Under the pieces are notes generated by a model. That model saw only the letters and a program-made list of their open reading frames with translations, was not told where the DNA came from and ran no database searches. 64,000 nucleotides of DNA from an uncultured Clostridia bacterium (GTDB lineage: Bacteria; Bacillota; Clostridia; UBA1381). The DNA lies in NCBI GenBank assembly GCA_934462715.1, contig CAKSIJ010000001.1:98130-162129 (forward strand). The letters run 5' to 3'. The position numbers were made by a program, and so were the translations under genes. Below are positions 1 through 10,900 of this stretch, piece by piece (position 1 is the first letter of the stretch; each line of letters starts with the position of its first letter).

Positions 1-608
1 CCGTAGCCTGAAGCGTTGCTTGACGCCATATTCGGATAGCCTGCTACAATACTTCCCAAATCAATATTTGATGTTGACATATCTATTTTGAAAATATGAT
101 TTTTTGAGGAATTCGGGAATCTGCTGTATTGCTTATCCTTGTTGGTTATTTTTGTTCCGGACATTCTTTTTCCGGCTTCAAATATAACCTGCTTTCCGTC
201 CTCCGCTTTAATAATCAGAGGATATTCGCTGCTGCCGCCGTTTGTAGATTTGAACGTTATTGTATCGTTCAGATCATATGTACCGCCGGCAACAGTTATA
301 ATAACCTGATTTTTGCTCTTGTCGATAGAATCCGCTGCGCTTATTGCGGCGCTCAGATTTGCATATGTGTTTGCTTCGCCCACCTTGCTGCGGTCTACAT
401 ACAGATTAACTGCGTTTTCAGCCTCTGTATCTGATTTTTTGTCAGTTGCGCCGGTTTGATCTTCTTCCGCCGTTTGTGCATTTTCCTGCACCGTTTGAGT
501 GATTTCCTGTGCCGTATCGGTTTCTGCGGAGTTATTCTCCGCAAAAACCGCACTGGTTGAATTTAAAATCAAAAGACACGAAATCAAAAAGCTTATTTTT
601 TTCTTCAT
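1..608 (-). CDS. Secreted protein, N-terminal part only (gene runs off the window start). Signal peptide followed by the start of a pectin-lyase-fold / right-handed beta-helix domain.
   Basis: Reverse-strand ATG at 606-608 gives MKKKISFLISCLLILNSTSAVFA. A GGGAGG motif lies upstream. The frame stays open to position 1. Mature N-terminus VIITVAGGTYDLNDTITF resembles a beta-helix start. Missing from the ORF track because no stop lies inside the window. Confidence 0.6.
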   Translation of the reverse strand, partial: MKKKISFLISCLLILNSTSAVFAENNSAETDTAQEITQTVQENAQTAEEDQTGATDKKSDTEAENAVNLYVDRSKVGEANTYANLSAAISAADSIDKSKNQVIITVAGGTYDLNDTITFKSTNGGSSEYPLIIKAEDGKQVIFEAGKRMSGTKITNKDKQYSRFPNSSKNHIFKIDMSTSNIDLGSIVAGYPNMASSNASGY

Positions 609-629
609 ATATCAATCGCCTCCCGTCAA

Positions 630-3600
630 TCAGTTGTAGTTTCTGACAATTACCAGTGTTTCGTCAAATGCCGAAACAACGTAATCGCCAACTCGTATAT
701 CCGAAAAAGCTCCCTCTGTTACCGGGTTTCTTGAAGCTTTTTTATCCAGAATAACAACCTTATCCTTTGTATAGGTATTGTTGCCGATTGTTAGCTTTCT
801 GTAATACTCCGAACCGTCATTTACAAAGAATACACGGCTGTCTATGCTCTTTTCAACTATTCCCTTTGTAACACACATTTCCTGCCACTGGCTCGGTCCT
901 GTTCTTTTGAGCATTTCCGTTGCCAAAGGCGACGGATTTACATATGTACAGCTCATTTCCGGTTTTCCGGTTTCGGGATTTATATCTCCCAGATTTCTTG
1001 CAAGCAGACAGAAGCCGTTAATCTTACCCGATTCCTTACTTTTTGAAACCAAGATTATATCTCCGGGCTTAAGCTCTTCAATCGGAATATTTGAGTATTG
1101 AGCCTGTGCCGATATTGTTTCGCTCGATGATTTGCTTATAGTGTAGCTCACAAGGTCAGAATTCTCAAATGTAAACTCTTGCTCTTTGCCTATTCTCCAT
1201 GTTCTTGCTGCTTGTATATTGGCATAAAGCTTTATGCTGTATGTGATTTCATCTTTTACGGAATCGTAATGAAGCTCCGGCTCCTCCATTACAACAGCAG
1301 TGCCTGTTTCTTCTTTTTTACCGGAATTGCCGCCCTCATCGGTAACATATCTGATTAACAACCCTACCGTTCCGGTGCTGTTAACGTCATAAAACTCAAT
1401 GTTGTTCCAAGTACCTCCCGGTAATGAGGTACTGTATATTCCCTCATAAGCCTTATACTGGTCATCATCAGCCGATGTATCGGACGGAATAATCAAATAC
1501 ACTCCGTTTATGTTATTGTTTGCAACATTGTACCAATATCCTACATTATAGCCGTAAATACCGCTGCCTCCGACATTTGAGAAATTCTTCATAAATATGC
1601 TCTTGTCTATAAAGAAATCCAGATCCTTTTCTATCTGATTGTACGCAGTTTTGGTATTTGAACCGTCAGCAATGTATAATTCATTTATTTTGTTGTCGGC
1701 ATTTACAGTAAATTTAACCGGCTTTGCGTTGAATGATCCGCCGTCCATTACGGCAAGCTTTTCCTTTGTAAGCTTCTTAGCAAAGTATGTGCTTGTACTT
1801 AGCTTTCCTTCATTCCATTTTTTGTGAACGCTGACCTTGTCGGCAAGTCCGAGCTTTAACATTTCGTTTTCCTGTGTGAATATCTTTGCAAAATATTCGT
1901 CACTGTCCTCGTCCTGTATCAGCTTTACAATATAGCCGTACTTCAAGCCCTCTGCATATGTATTTACGGTAAAGCTTACTATCTTATTATACTTATCCAA
2001 AGACGCAGATACGTTTGAGCCTGTAGGCGGAAGCTTAAAGTCGACCATATCCGGGAACTTTTCATTAAGCTTTTTAAAGGTTTCGGAAAGCTCATATATT
2101 TCATCTCCGATTTTTATTCCCTCATTCCCCGACTTACTGCCGTTAACCTTTCCTGTCACACTGACGCTCATTATTTCTATTGAAATATAAGTTGAGTTAT
2201 CGGTATCGGCATACATAACTCCGTCTTTAAACACAACTCTTGACGGCGCAACCATTAAAAGCATATCCTTTGAAAGGTCTGCATATGAGCTTTTTACACC
2301 GCCGTTTGTTATTGTAACGCTCTCATCATCAAGCTGAATGTTCGGCTGTATTGTAAATTCGTCAAAAAGCTTTGGATCGGTTGTGTTTATAACTCCTACC
2401 TTATAATAAACATAAGACTTTATGCTTACCACTTCATAACCGGACTTGCGGTCGTTGCTGATAAAGGTAATTTCTCCGCTGTCAGGTATAAGCAGCTGCT
2501 TTTTGATATGCTCGTAGTCAACCACAACGCCGTTGAAAACTATATTTGCCGTCTTTGGTATTTCAATATATTTTTCCTTGCTGCTTTCGTCCTCGGTATA
2601 GTAAAGTCTGTTTAAGCTGTCATCATATTTTTCAATATTTCCCGACAGCAGCGTAAACGTTTCGTTATAATCATCAAGCTCCATAATAGCTTTTGCATAT
2701 ACTGTATCGTCCTTATCGTAGAACACACGCACCTTTTTGCCCAAAAGAGCGTCCAGCTCAGATACTGTCATTATATCGCCGAATACGTAATTGTCGTCGC
2801 CGATTTTCAAATAACTCTCGGCAACCGCTCCGCTTTGCGAATATAATGAGGTTTTTGAGTTTGCGGTGACGATTCCGTCGCTGTAATCGAGGTTCATTTC
2901 GTTTAACATATAGCTTGTGGTGTCGTTAACCTCTCTGAAATCGGTCATTACAACGCTGTCTGCGTCAAGCATATTGTAAAGCAGTATAACTGCGTCCTCT
3001 CCGTTCACAACTGAGTTTCCGACAGCAGAAATACCTTTTAACAGTTTTTTCTCCGAAGCTTTGCTGATATAATAAGCTTCTCCCTTATCGTCATATTGGG
3101 TTTTTATAAAGTCATAACCCAGTATTCTTACCATTATTCCGCAAGCCCAGCCTACAGTTATGTCGGAGTCGGGAGAGAATATTCCTCCGCCCACTCCGAT
3201 AACGGCGCCCTTATTTATAAGACTTGCAACCGCATGATAACATTCCATATCAGAGGTCACGTCATGGAATCTGTAGTGTCCCTCCTCCTCGGAATAATCG
3301 CCGCCGTAATTTATCAGGTTTGCCATGTATTCTGAAAACTTTGCTCTTGATACCGTGCCGAAATAGTCAAATTCACTGTCCTGAATAATTCCGAGCTGGT
3401 TTAAAACCTGCATTTTTGACTCTGTACCCTTTTTCAGAGTTTTTTCATCAGGTTTATCCTCCGGTTTGCTGTCATTTGCGTTATTTTCGCCGTTTTCGCC
3501 CTGATTGTCATTATCTTCCTTGTTTTTCTCGGCAATCTTCTTTAAAAGATCTTCATAAAATGACTGAGCTTCCTCTTCGGTACATTCATAATCGTCCTGC

Positions 3601-3770
3601 AAAGCGGTCAGTATTTCTATGTTCTTATCCTCTGCGTCCGCAACCGTACCGTAATCGTTTACACAGTTTTCAAGATAAGATGTAACTCCGCTTTCGTCAT
3701 ATGCCAAAGCGGTCAGCGGTGACAGGGTCATCGCCGCAAGAGTTATAGCTGCAATAATTCTTTTATTCAC
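630..3770 (-). CDS. Large secreted protein (~1046 aa) with an N-terminal SLH domain and beta-rich repeats of unknown function.
   Basis: GTG start at 3770 is preceded by the RBS AGGGAGG. Signal peptide MNKRIIAAITLAAMTLSPLTALA. SLH-like segment FHDVTSDMECYHAVASLINKGAVIGVGGGIFSPDSDITVGWACGIMVRILG. The track ORF begins further upstream at a TTG. Confidence 0.7.
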   Translation of the reverse strand: MNKRIIAAITLAAMTLSPLTALAYDESGVTSYLENCVNDYGTVADAEDKNIEILTALQDDYECTEEEAQSFYEDLLKKIAEKNKEDNDNQGENGENNANDSKPEDKPDEKTLKKGTESKMQVLNQLGIIQDSEFDYFGTVSRAKFSEYMANLINYGGDYSEEEGHYRFHDVTSDMECYHAVASLINKGAVIGVGGGIFSPDSDITVGWACGIMVRILGYDFIKTQYDDKGEAYYISKASEKKLLKGISAVGNSVVNGEDAVILLYNMLDADSVVMTDFREVNDTTSYMLNEMNLDYSDGIVTANSKTSLYSQSGAVAESYLKIGDDNYVFGDIMTVSELDALLGKKVRVFYDKDDTVYAKAIMELDDYNETFTLLSGNIEKYDDSLNRLYYTEDESSKEKYIEIPKTANIVFNGVVVDYEHIKKQLLIPDSGEITFISNDRKSGYEVVSIKSYVYYKVGVINTTDPKLFDEFTIQPNIQLDDESVTITNGGVKSSYADLSKDMLLMVAPSRVVFKDGVMYADTDNSTYISIEIMSVSVTGKVNGSKSGNEGIKIGDEIYELSETFKKLNEKFPDMVDFKLPPTGSNVSASLDKYNKIVSFTVNTYAEGLKYGYIVKLIQDEDSDEYFAKIFTQENEMLKLGLADKVSVHKKWNEGKLSTSTYFAKKLTKEKLAVMDGGSFNAKPVKFTVNADNKINELYIADGSNTKTAYNQIEKDLDFFIDKSIFMKNFSNVGGSGIYGYNVGYWYNVANNNINGVYLIIPSDTSADDDQYKAYEGIYSTSLPGGTWNNIEFYDVNSTGTVGLLIRYVTDEGGNSGKKEETGTAVVMEEPELHYDSVKDEITYSIKLYANIQAARTWRIGKEQEFTFENSDLVSYTISKSSSETISAQAQYSNIPIEELKPGDIILVSKSKESGKINGFCLLARNLGDINPETGKPEMSCTYVNPSPLATEMLKRTGPSQWQEMCVTKGIVEKSIDSRVFFVNDGSEYYRKLTIGNNTYTKDKVVILDKKASRNPVTEGAFSDIRVGDYVVSAFDETLVIVRNYN

Positions 3771-3789
3771 GTTAATTGTCCTCCCTCTT

Positions 3790-6700
3790 TTAATAGTTAA
3801 AATCAAGAATACCGGCAATCATCTTTGCTGCCTGCGCTCTTGTTACGTTATCCTTAGGTGCGAAACGTCCGCCGCCTACGCCGTTTATAATCATACATTC
3901 TCTCAATATCGACACATTCTTCTTTGCCCAGTCGGAAATTTCATCTTCATCGGCAAACGGGAATATCGTGAAGTAGTAGTCAAGAGATTTTCCTGCTGCT
4001 TCTGCCGCTCTAACAAGTATCGTTGCGATTTCTTCTCTCGTTACGGTTCTGCCTACACCGAAAGTATTATCTCCGATACCGTTTATAACCTCATTCTGAT
4101 AGCACAGCTCCACATATTCGGTGTACCATTGCCCCTGTTCAACATCTGAAAAGCTTACCGCTCCGGCTTCATCATTTTTTTCAAGCTTGAAAGCTGCCGC
4201 AACGATTTTGCAGAGCTCTTCTCTTGTAATAGAAGCGTTCGGATCAAATATTTTTTCTCCCTTGCCCGATATTGCTCCGAGCTTGTAAAGCTTGTTTATG
4301 CTTTCCTCTGCCCATGCAACGTTATCGAGGTCGTCAAATATTTTCGATGATGACGAATTGTTGTTTTCTTCATACCAATCGGGTACGTTGTTTGATATTT
4401 CCGGATTTCCGACTGCCGTTCCGGGGATATAGCTGCTGCCGCCGGAGCCTCCTTTGTGTCCGCCGTTTCCGTTTCCGTCATTACCGCCGGTACTGTTATA
4501 TTCGCTTTTTGCATAAGCTTCAAATGTGCTTTTCAGCTCCTTGATTGTTTTAACCGAAGCTATCTGCTTCTGGAGCTTTTCCGCAACCTTTATCTGCTTT
4601 GTTTCGGCAAGTCTGTTATATGTAGAATAATCTATATTTGTTATATCGTCATACTTTTTCAAAACCGTGCATACGGTTGAATACGAGCTTTGAGCCGAAA
4701 TATCCTCTCTGATTACTTCAAGATAGAATATATCCGAAACATCTTTAAAGCATTTCGCATTTTTAAGCTTACCGACAATATTTTTGCGCTGTGAATCGGT
4801 GAAGCTTTCAAAGAATGTTGCGTATGCATTGTTTTCCCGAATGTTCCAGTATTCGTTGGCATGACTTGCCTTTATTTCATCAATACAGCTTTCGGCATCG
4901 CCCCAGATATATATGCTCATTTCAAGAGCGTTGTTGTATATGCTCTTAAAATACGAAACAACATTGTCGTTTCTGTCGGCATAGGTTTTGTTTTCCAGTA
5001 TTGCGCCGAAAAGCAGATCTTTGTTTTCAAGACTTGTAAAGCTTGAGTCGAGAATACAAAGCGGATCCTTTTCAACGTTAAAGATGTCGGCAGCCTCAAC
5101 AGCCGAAATGCTTGAAGCATTGTCAATCTGCTTTAAGAATGCCTTAACCTCGTCAAGATCCAGATAGTTAAATTCTCTCTCGTATGCCGTATCCTCAAAA
5201 GGCATTTCAATAACTGCCGTATATCTTCCCTTTTCGGTACCGTCTTTAAGTTTAAAGTTATAGTTAACCTCGCCGTTTTTGCCTGTCTTTACCGCTTCTG
5301 CTCTTATAAGCTTATCTATAGTGTTATCGTCGCCCTTTTTTCGGATTTTAACGATAACAGGAAGTCCCGATCGCTTTGTTTTGCTGTAACCGGTAACTTC
5401 GACAATTTCTTTTTCCGAATCGTATCCGACTGAAATTTTTGTTTCGTTTTTGGGTGTTATGTCTGTTGTTTTGGTTTCGCGGGCAAGCGGTTCGGTAATT
5501 GGGCTGTTCAGAAGCTTTCCTATGCTTCCGTCCGCATTTTTCTCATACACAGCAATTTCATAGCCGTCATATTCCGAAATTTTGCCGGTTCCTACGGCTA
5601 AAACAATGCTTTTACTTTCCTTTGCGCCGAGTGTTCCCTCCGTAAATGCCGTAACTTCGCATTTTTTATCCTTGTAAAGCGAAGCGGCATAATATACATT
5701 CAAGCTTTCGCCGGTATTGTTTTTATACAATGCCTTTATTTTGTTTGAAAGCACCTTTTCCACCTCGTACGAAACAGGGTAATTTTCTGTCGTAAAGCTG
5801 AATTTTGTGTCTTCACCGAGCTTTCCTGTAACGGCTGAGGGCTTTGGTATTGCAGAAAGTCCCTTACCGAGAGTTACGGTATATTTTTCTCCCTTTTCAA
5901 GCGGATATTCGGGGGTAATTTTAAGCCTTGTTCCGTCAGCTTCAACCGTTGCCGGTATTTCCTGCTCCGAATCGGATATTATTACGTTTCCGTCAACAGT
6001 TTCGGTATCAATCGGATTTGAAAATTCAAATTCAAAGCTCTGGTTGACGCTGATGTCGTTTCTTGTTTCAGGAGTTACGCTTTGTATTGTAAAATCGTTT
6101 CCGCACTTTACAACATAAGCTTCTTTTACAAGGTTATTATTTCCCGTGTGGAAATACAGACCGCCGCTCCAGGAGGAACAGTCAAAATCACCCGTGCCTA
6201 TCAACTCACCGTTAACATACGATGCATATGACATATATCCCTCGCTCTTGCTATGCTCTGTCGGATTGTCTATAACAATATTTACCTGACGCCAGCCGGC
6301 AGTTCTGCCTCTGCTTACAAAGTTTGCGCTTTTCGGGGTCGGATACCAGCGCAAGCTGGTTGAATGCCAGCGATTCAAAACGCCGCCGTAAAAAATCCTA
6401 TAGTTATAATTGCCATAGTATATATATGAATCGATATCCGTTGTTCCCGTATCGTAAATCATGAATGAAGCAATGTGCGGTGTTGTTACATCCATATCAA
6501 TTTTGTTCAAAGCATATTGATCGTTATATTCCGGAAAACCGTAGTATGACATATATACATAATCTCTCATCCCGGTAAAGTCCTCAACTCTGCCCAGATA
6601 ATTTGTAGGCTTGTCAAGCACAAAATTTCCCGATTCGTTTTTATCGCTGACAACCGTTAGTATAAACTGCAGTGAAGTCGAGCCTTTGGTTGCTGTCAGC

Positions 6701-7896
6701 ACCGTAAAACCCGAAGAAACAGCCGTTATCATGCCGTTATCGTCAACCTCTGCAACCGCCGGTTCCGAGGATTTAAAGGTATATCCCTCAAGATTTGATT
6801 TGGTTCTTTTAATGCTGCCAACAGTATTCCCTTTCTGTCCGTCGCTTACCTCATATATCACAATCTGCTGTGTTTCTCCCGGCTGCATAAGAGTTGATGT
6901 TTCCGATATGTCGGCAGAGGCTGTGCTCATGTGCAGCTCCTTATCCTGTGCGTAACCTTTATACCAACCCTTGGTATCGGCATAGGGCTTTATCGTATCA
7001 TGCTTTTCAAGCTTTACGTCATCAATATAATAAATATCATAATTAGCCTTATCATTCTGCTTTGATAAGCCGTCCGGGAACATAATTTCCAGATCTTCAA
7101 GCGCATGATTGTATATAAACGTAAGAGAAATATCCTGCCAGTCGCTTTCTATGCCGACTTTAGCAGATTGCGGTCTTGCTATCGGGTAATATCTGTCGGT
7201 GTTATCTTTTGACAGTATGTTTATGTAGCTTTTTGCTCCCGTCTTTATTCTCTCGCCCTTTATCTTACAGCTTACGGTGTAGCACTCTCCATATGCAATA
7301 TCGGAATAAAACTCTTCAAGCGGAATTGCTATTTTAATTTTATTGTTTGATGGATGAGTTTTTGTATCGTATTCAAACTTAACGCTTCCTCCGCCGTTTC
7401 CGGTTGCGTCAACCGATGAATCAAAGCTTATCTTTCCGTCCGGATTTGTCCAGTCCGCAAGCTCAGATTCGTTATCAAAAGTATAGCTGCCGCCGCCCTT
7501 TACAAAGCTTGATTCAACAGGCGCGCTCATCAATACCGGATTATCCTCTGTTTCACTGCCCGATTCTGCCGACGGCTCGGATTCTTGCTCATTCTTATCG
7601 GCTTCCTCCGGTTTTGTTTCTTCGTTTTTGCCGCTATCTTCGCTATCCTCCTGTTCTCCGCCGTTTTCATCCGCAGTTTCATCATCGGATTCGGTTGAGT
7701 TCGTTTCTTCCGTTTTGGTATTTTCGGTATTCTCCGAATTTTCTGTGTTTTCGATTTCTTTCCCTTTTTCATTTTCGGAAATAATCTCGTCAACCGACAT
7801 TACCTGTTCATTTTCCGCTTCCGCTCCGGCGATAACTCCGCCAACGCTTTGTGCTGCCAATGTGCAGACAATCAATAAGGTTACAATTTTTTTCAT
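3790..7896 (-). CDS. S-layer-anchored surface protein of 1368 aa. Signal peptide, acidic low-complexity linker, CBM4_9-like module, Big_2, lectin/LamG-like and SbsA-type Ig domains, then three C-terminal SLH domains.
   Basis: RBS AAAGGAG precedes the ATG. Three C-terminal SLH repeats (WAEESINKLYKLGAISGKG..., FSDVEQGQWYTEYVEL..., FADEDEISDWAKKNVSIL...). CBM motif ANYDIYYIDDVKLEK. Big_2-like TFKSSEPAVAEVDDNGMITAVSSG. Confidence 0.8.
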   Translation of the reverse strand: MKKIVTLLIVCTLAAQSVGGVIAGAEAENEQVMSVDEIISENEKGKEIENTENSENTENTKTEETNSTESDDETADENGGEQEDSEDSGKNEETKPEEADKNEQESEPSAESGSETEDNPVLMSAPVESSFVKGGGSYTFDNESELADWTNPDGKISFDSSVDATGNGGGSVKFEYDTKTHPSNNKIKIAIPLEEFYSDIAYGECYTVSCKIKGERIKTGAKSYINILSKDNTDRYYPIARPQSAKVGIESDWQDISLTFIYNHALEDLEIMFPDGLSKQNDKANYDIYYIDDVKLEKHDTIKPYADTKGWYKGYAQDKELHMSTASADISETSTLMQPGETQQIVIYEVSDGQKGNTVGSIKRTKSNLEGYTFKSSEPAVAEVDDNGMITAVSSGFTVLTATKGSTSLQFILTVVSDKNESGNFVLDKPTNYLGRVEDFTGMRDYVYMSYYGFPEYNDQYALNKIDMDVTTPHIASFMIYDTGTTDIDSYIYYGNYNYRIFYGGVLNRWHSTSLRWYPTPKSANFVSRGRTAGWRQVNIVIDNPTEHSKSEGYMSYASYVNGELIGTGDFDCSSWSGGLYFHTGNNNLVKEAYVVKCGNDFTIQSVTPETRNDISVNQSFEFEFSNPIDTETVDGNVIISDSEQEIPATVEADGTRLKITPEYPLEKGEKYTVTLGKGLSAIPKPSAVTGKLGEDTKFSFTTENYPVSYEVEKVLSNKIKALYKNNTGESLNVYYAASLYKDKKCEVTAFTEGTLGAKESKSIVLAVGTGKISEYDGYEIAVYEKNADGSIGKLLNSPITEPLARETKTTDITPKNETKISVGYDSEKEIVEVTGYSKTKRSGLPVIVKIRKKGDDNTIDKLIRAEAVKTGKNGEVNYNFKLKDGTEKGRYTAVIEMPFEDTAYEREFNYLDLDEVKAFLKQIDNASSISAVEAADIFNVEKDPLCILDSSFTSLENKDLLFGAILENKTYADRNDNVVSYFKSIYNNALEMSIYIWGDAESCIDEIKASHANEYWNIRENNAYATFFESFTDSQRKNIVGKLKNAKCFKDVSDIFYLEVIREDISAQSSYSTVCTVLKKYDDITNIDYSTYNRLAETKQIKVAEKLQKQIASVKTIKELKSTFEAYAKSEYNSTGGNDGNGNGGHKGGSGGSSYIPGTAVGNPEISNNVPDWYEENNNSSSSKIFDDLDNVAWAEESINKLYKLGAISGKGEKIFDPNASITREELCKIVAAAFKLEKNDEAGAVSFSDVEQGQWYTEYVELCYQNEVINGIGDNTFGVGRTVTREEIATILVRAAEAAGKSLDYYFTIFPFADEDEISDWAKKNVSILRECMIINGVGGGRFAPKDNVTRAQAAKMIAGILDFNY

Positions 7897-7925
7897 ACAA
7901 ATCTCCTTTCCGATTTTACTCGTTT

Positions 7926-7949
7926 GGGGCTGCTTTTCGGAGCAGCCCC
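7926..7949 (-). other. Intercistronic stem-loop (GGGGCUGCU/AGCAGCCCC) between two giant genes. Possible RNA processing or stability element, or a partial terminator.
   Basis: 9-bp GC-rich perfect stem with a 6-nt loop. On the minus strand no U-tract follows it, and the next RBS and ATG lie ~30 nt downstream. Confidence 0.3.
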
Positions 7950-7965
7950 GGTTGTCCTTTAAATT

Positions 7966-10900
7966 TTACTTGTTGTATGTTGCTTTCGCGCAATACGGAA
8001 CCATGCTCTCAACGCCGTTCCAGAGATAGCACTCAAGAATATTTGCGTTCTCACATTCTCCGCTTATGGTGATTTTTCCGTCAACCGCAGCAGGAATATC
8101 GCCAATTACCGTATTGATAAGTTTTCCGTTTTTATCCTTTTCCGCAAGAATTGCTTTACCTGCCAATTGCGCCTTATCACTGTTGAAAATAAAGCTTACT
8201 GTTTTTTTAGCGTTAGCTTCTGATTCAATGTATTTGTCAAAGCTTACTCCCCCGGAAACGGTAAAGCTGTAAACATTGCTCTTTTGCTCTGCTTTATAAT
8301 TCTTAGACAAATTCATTGCCGTAACGGTGTAGTAATAAGTTCCGCTTTCGGGAATCCATGCGGTGTCGGTGTTTGTGTCAAGCCTGTTCTTGTATACTAT
8401 ATCGCTCATATCGGCTGTTCTTGAAATTTCCACTCTGTATGCGCTTGCACCGGATATGCTGCTCCAGATAAGCTGTACTGTCTTATCCGTCGCATTTACC
8501 TTTGCCAATCTTTCAACAGGCATTTCAAGTTCGGTATCATAATCCGCCGCCGAATTTCCTATGCTTGCAAATTCAATTCTTTGGAACTGCGGCATATACT
8601 TAAACAACTCGGCTGTCTGTTCAAAGTTTCTGTTGTCGAAATCTTCGAACCATGACTTAAATACATCGGTGGATTCACCCTTATTATCAGCATAAATCTT
8701 CTGCAATTTGTCAATCTGATCGGTAGTCCATGACAGATTATCCGATTCAAAATCATCAAGCACATAGGATTGAGCCGTTTCGGGTATGAAATCCTTGCCG
8801 CTTTCGGGGATTGTCATGTAAACTTCCTTTATATATGTCGGAAGTCCGTTTACCGGCATTGAAGCTACAATACTGATTTTTTCGCCGTTGGTAACCGCTA
8901 CGGTGCAGAGCTTAACTCCGTCATGATACCATGTAAGTTTTCCGCTGTCGTCAAGCATACCCGTTACCTGATGCCAGCCTGCGTATCTTTTTCTTCTGCC
9001 GCCGGTATTGGTTATTTCGTATTGTCCGGGTATCCATCTATCCGACATTGTGATAGCACGTCTGTCATTGCCAAATTGGAATCCTGCGCTCACGCTTCCG
9101 TTATTGTTGTTTGACAAAAGACCGCTGTCGAAATATTTGTAGCTGAATGTCATACCGGGCTGTGCCGTTATATCCGTCTGCTTTGACGATTCGGAATAAG
9201 GTCTTAAAACCTCGCCGTTATATATCGGATCATCATCCTTTACATAACCGTCCGTTCCGTTAAAGCCGTAAACACTTTCATTATCAGAAACAACCGTAAC
9301 ATACATACTTGCGGTATTTTCGTTTACATCGGTAACTGTAATTTTCGCATTACCCGAAGCGACCGCTTTGATCTTTCCGTCGACAATTTCAGCTGCTGCG
9401 GTATTATCCGATACTGCCGAACCGATTTGAACTGTCTGTGCATTGAATTTAAGTTCATCGCCGGAAATTATGCCGTCACCGTCATTATCTGTTGTTTCTG
9501 CCGTTATAACGCTTGCTTTGATTTCTGTTTCGTCACCTGTCTTTAATACAGACTTTGTTTCCGACAAATCAAGCTTTGCCGATTCGTACTTATATGTTGC
9601 AGCTGTGTAAATATCGTTAAGGCTCGGAGTAGGTAACATCTGTTCGGAATACATCACCTTTTCAGCCTTTACGTCATCTATATAGAATATATCACCGACA
9701 GAGCACTGCGGGAATGAGATGACAGCCGAATTATTGTTATCGTTCGATACCCAGTAGCAGTAGATCTGAACCCATTCGCCGGCAGGGATATTAACCTCGC
9801 CGTTGCCCTCGACAGTGAACGGGAAATCTCTGTAATGCGTAAGATTGGTCGGATTGTTGTCGGTTGAAATCTTAACCTTTGCGGCATCGGCAACCTTGTC
9901 TGCATAAATCCATGCGCTGATTTTATAAATCTCACCCGGCTTTGCGTTGCTTCCGAGCTGTTTTTTGATTGCTGTATTTGCAGACTGTTTAATTTCATAC
10001 TTCATAGCCTTTTCGCCGTTATGTGCCTTTCCGCTGCTGACAGAAGCGTCCTGATACATACTTCCCATCACGGACACATTATTTTTATAGGTTGTATTAT
10101 AACCGGCGGTTTTCGGATTCCACCACACGCCTACCGGGTTCATGTTAAAGCTCTTTTTATCTGCAATTGTGAGGTTGTTTGTTATTGTAACATTCCACGG
10201 CAGACCTGCGTCAAATTTAATTGATTCGTCATATGAAACACTGCCGTTTTCATCTGTTGTTTTTGAATTGAGATATGCCTTTTCCTTTGCAAGGTCTTTG
10301 AGTAAGCCGTCCCAGAACGGATAAGCAGCTTTCCATTTTTCAACGTCATATTTCGGATTTTTCATCAATCTCTTGAATGATGCCGTTTCGAAAGTATCAT
10401 GACCTCTTATCCAGCCGCCGATAGTCATTCTTGTGTCGTATGCACCGACATTGCTGTCGATAAACAGGTTATTATTCCACGTATTGTCACGGCCGCCGCC
10501 TACAAGACCGGCAGACAAGCTGTCTGAAACAATATTATTTTCAACAGTGATTCCCGAGCTTCCGTTATCTGAATAGATTGCGTAAATTCCGCCCCAGTTC
10601 ATGTATGACTTTGAAAGATCGTGAATATAGTTGTTTTTAATCTGTATACCTGTGTTTTCAAGGAAATTAATTCCGTATACCGCGCCAGCGTCAAACAGTC
10701 CTCTTACAACGTTATAGATTTCATTGTTTTCTATAAGCATACCGTTGCTGTTGCTCTTCATGAACACGCCCTGTGAGGTTGAATCGTGGATAACGTTGTG
10801 TTTTACGCTGTTACCCATACCGGCAAGAATAACTCCGCCCTCGTTGGTTGCTTCCTGTGAAAAATCATAGATATGGCAATTTTCAACGGTGTTGTTTCCG

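Noticed and set aside
129-434. Plus-strand ORF of 101 aa
   Set aside because: It lies entirely antisense inside the partial beta-helix gene (1-608, minus), which has a clear signal peptide. It is Cys-rich and low-complexity with no RBS.
4272-7793. Many 60-130-aa ORFs (e.g. 4272-4544, 6611-6955, 7404-7784, 7530-7793) overlapping the giant surface-protein genes
   Set aside because: All are embedded in, or antisense to, long well-supported CDSs. They have biased low-complexity compositions and lack RBSs.
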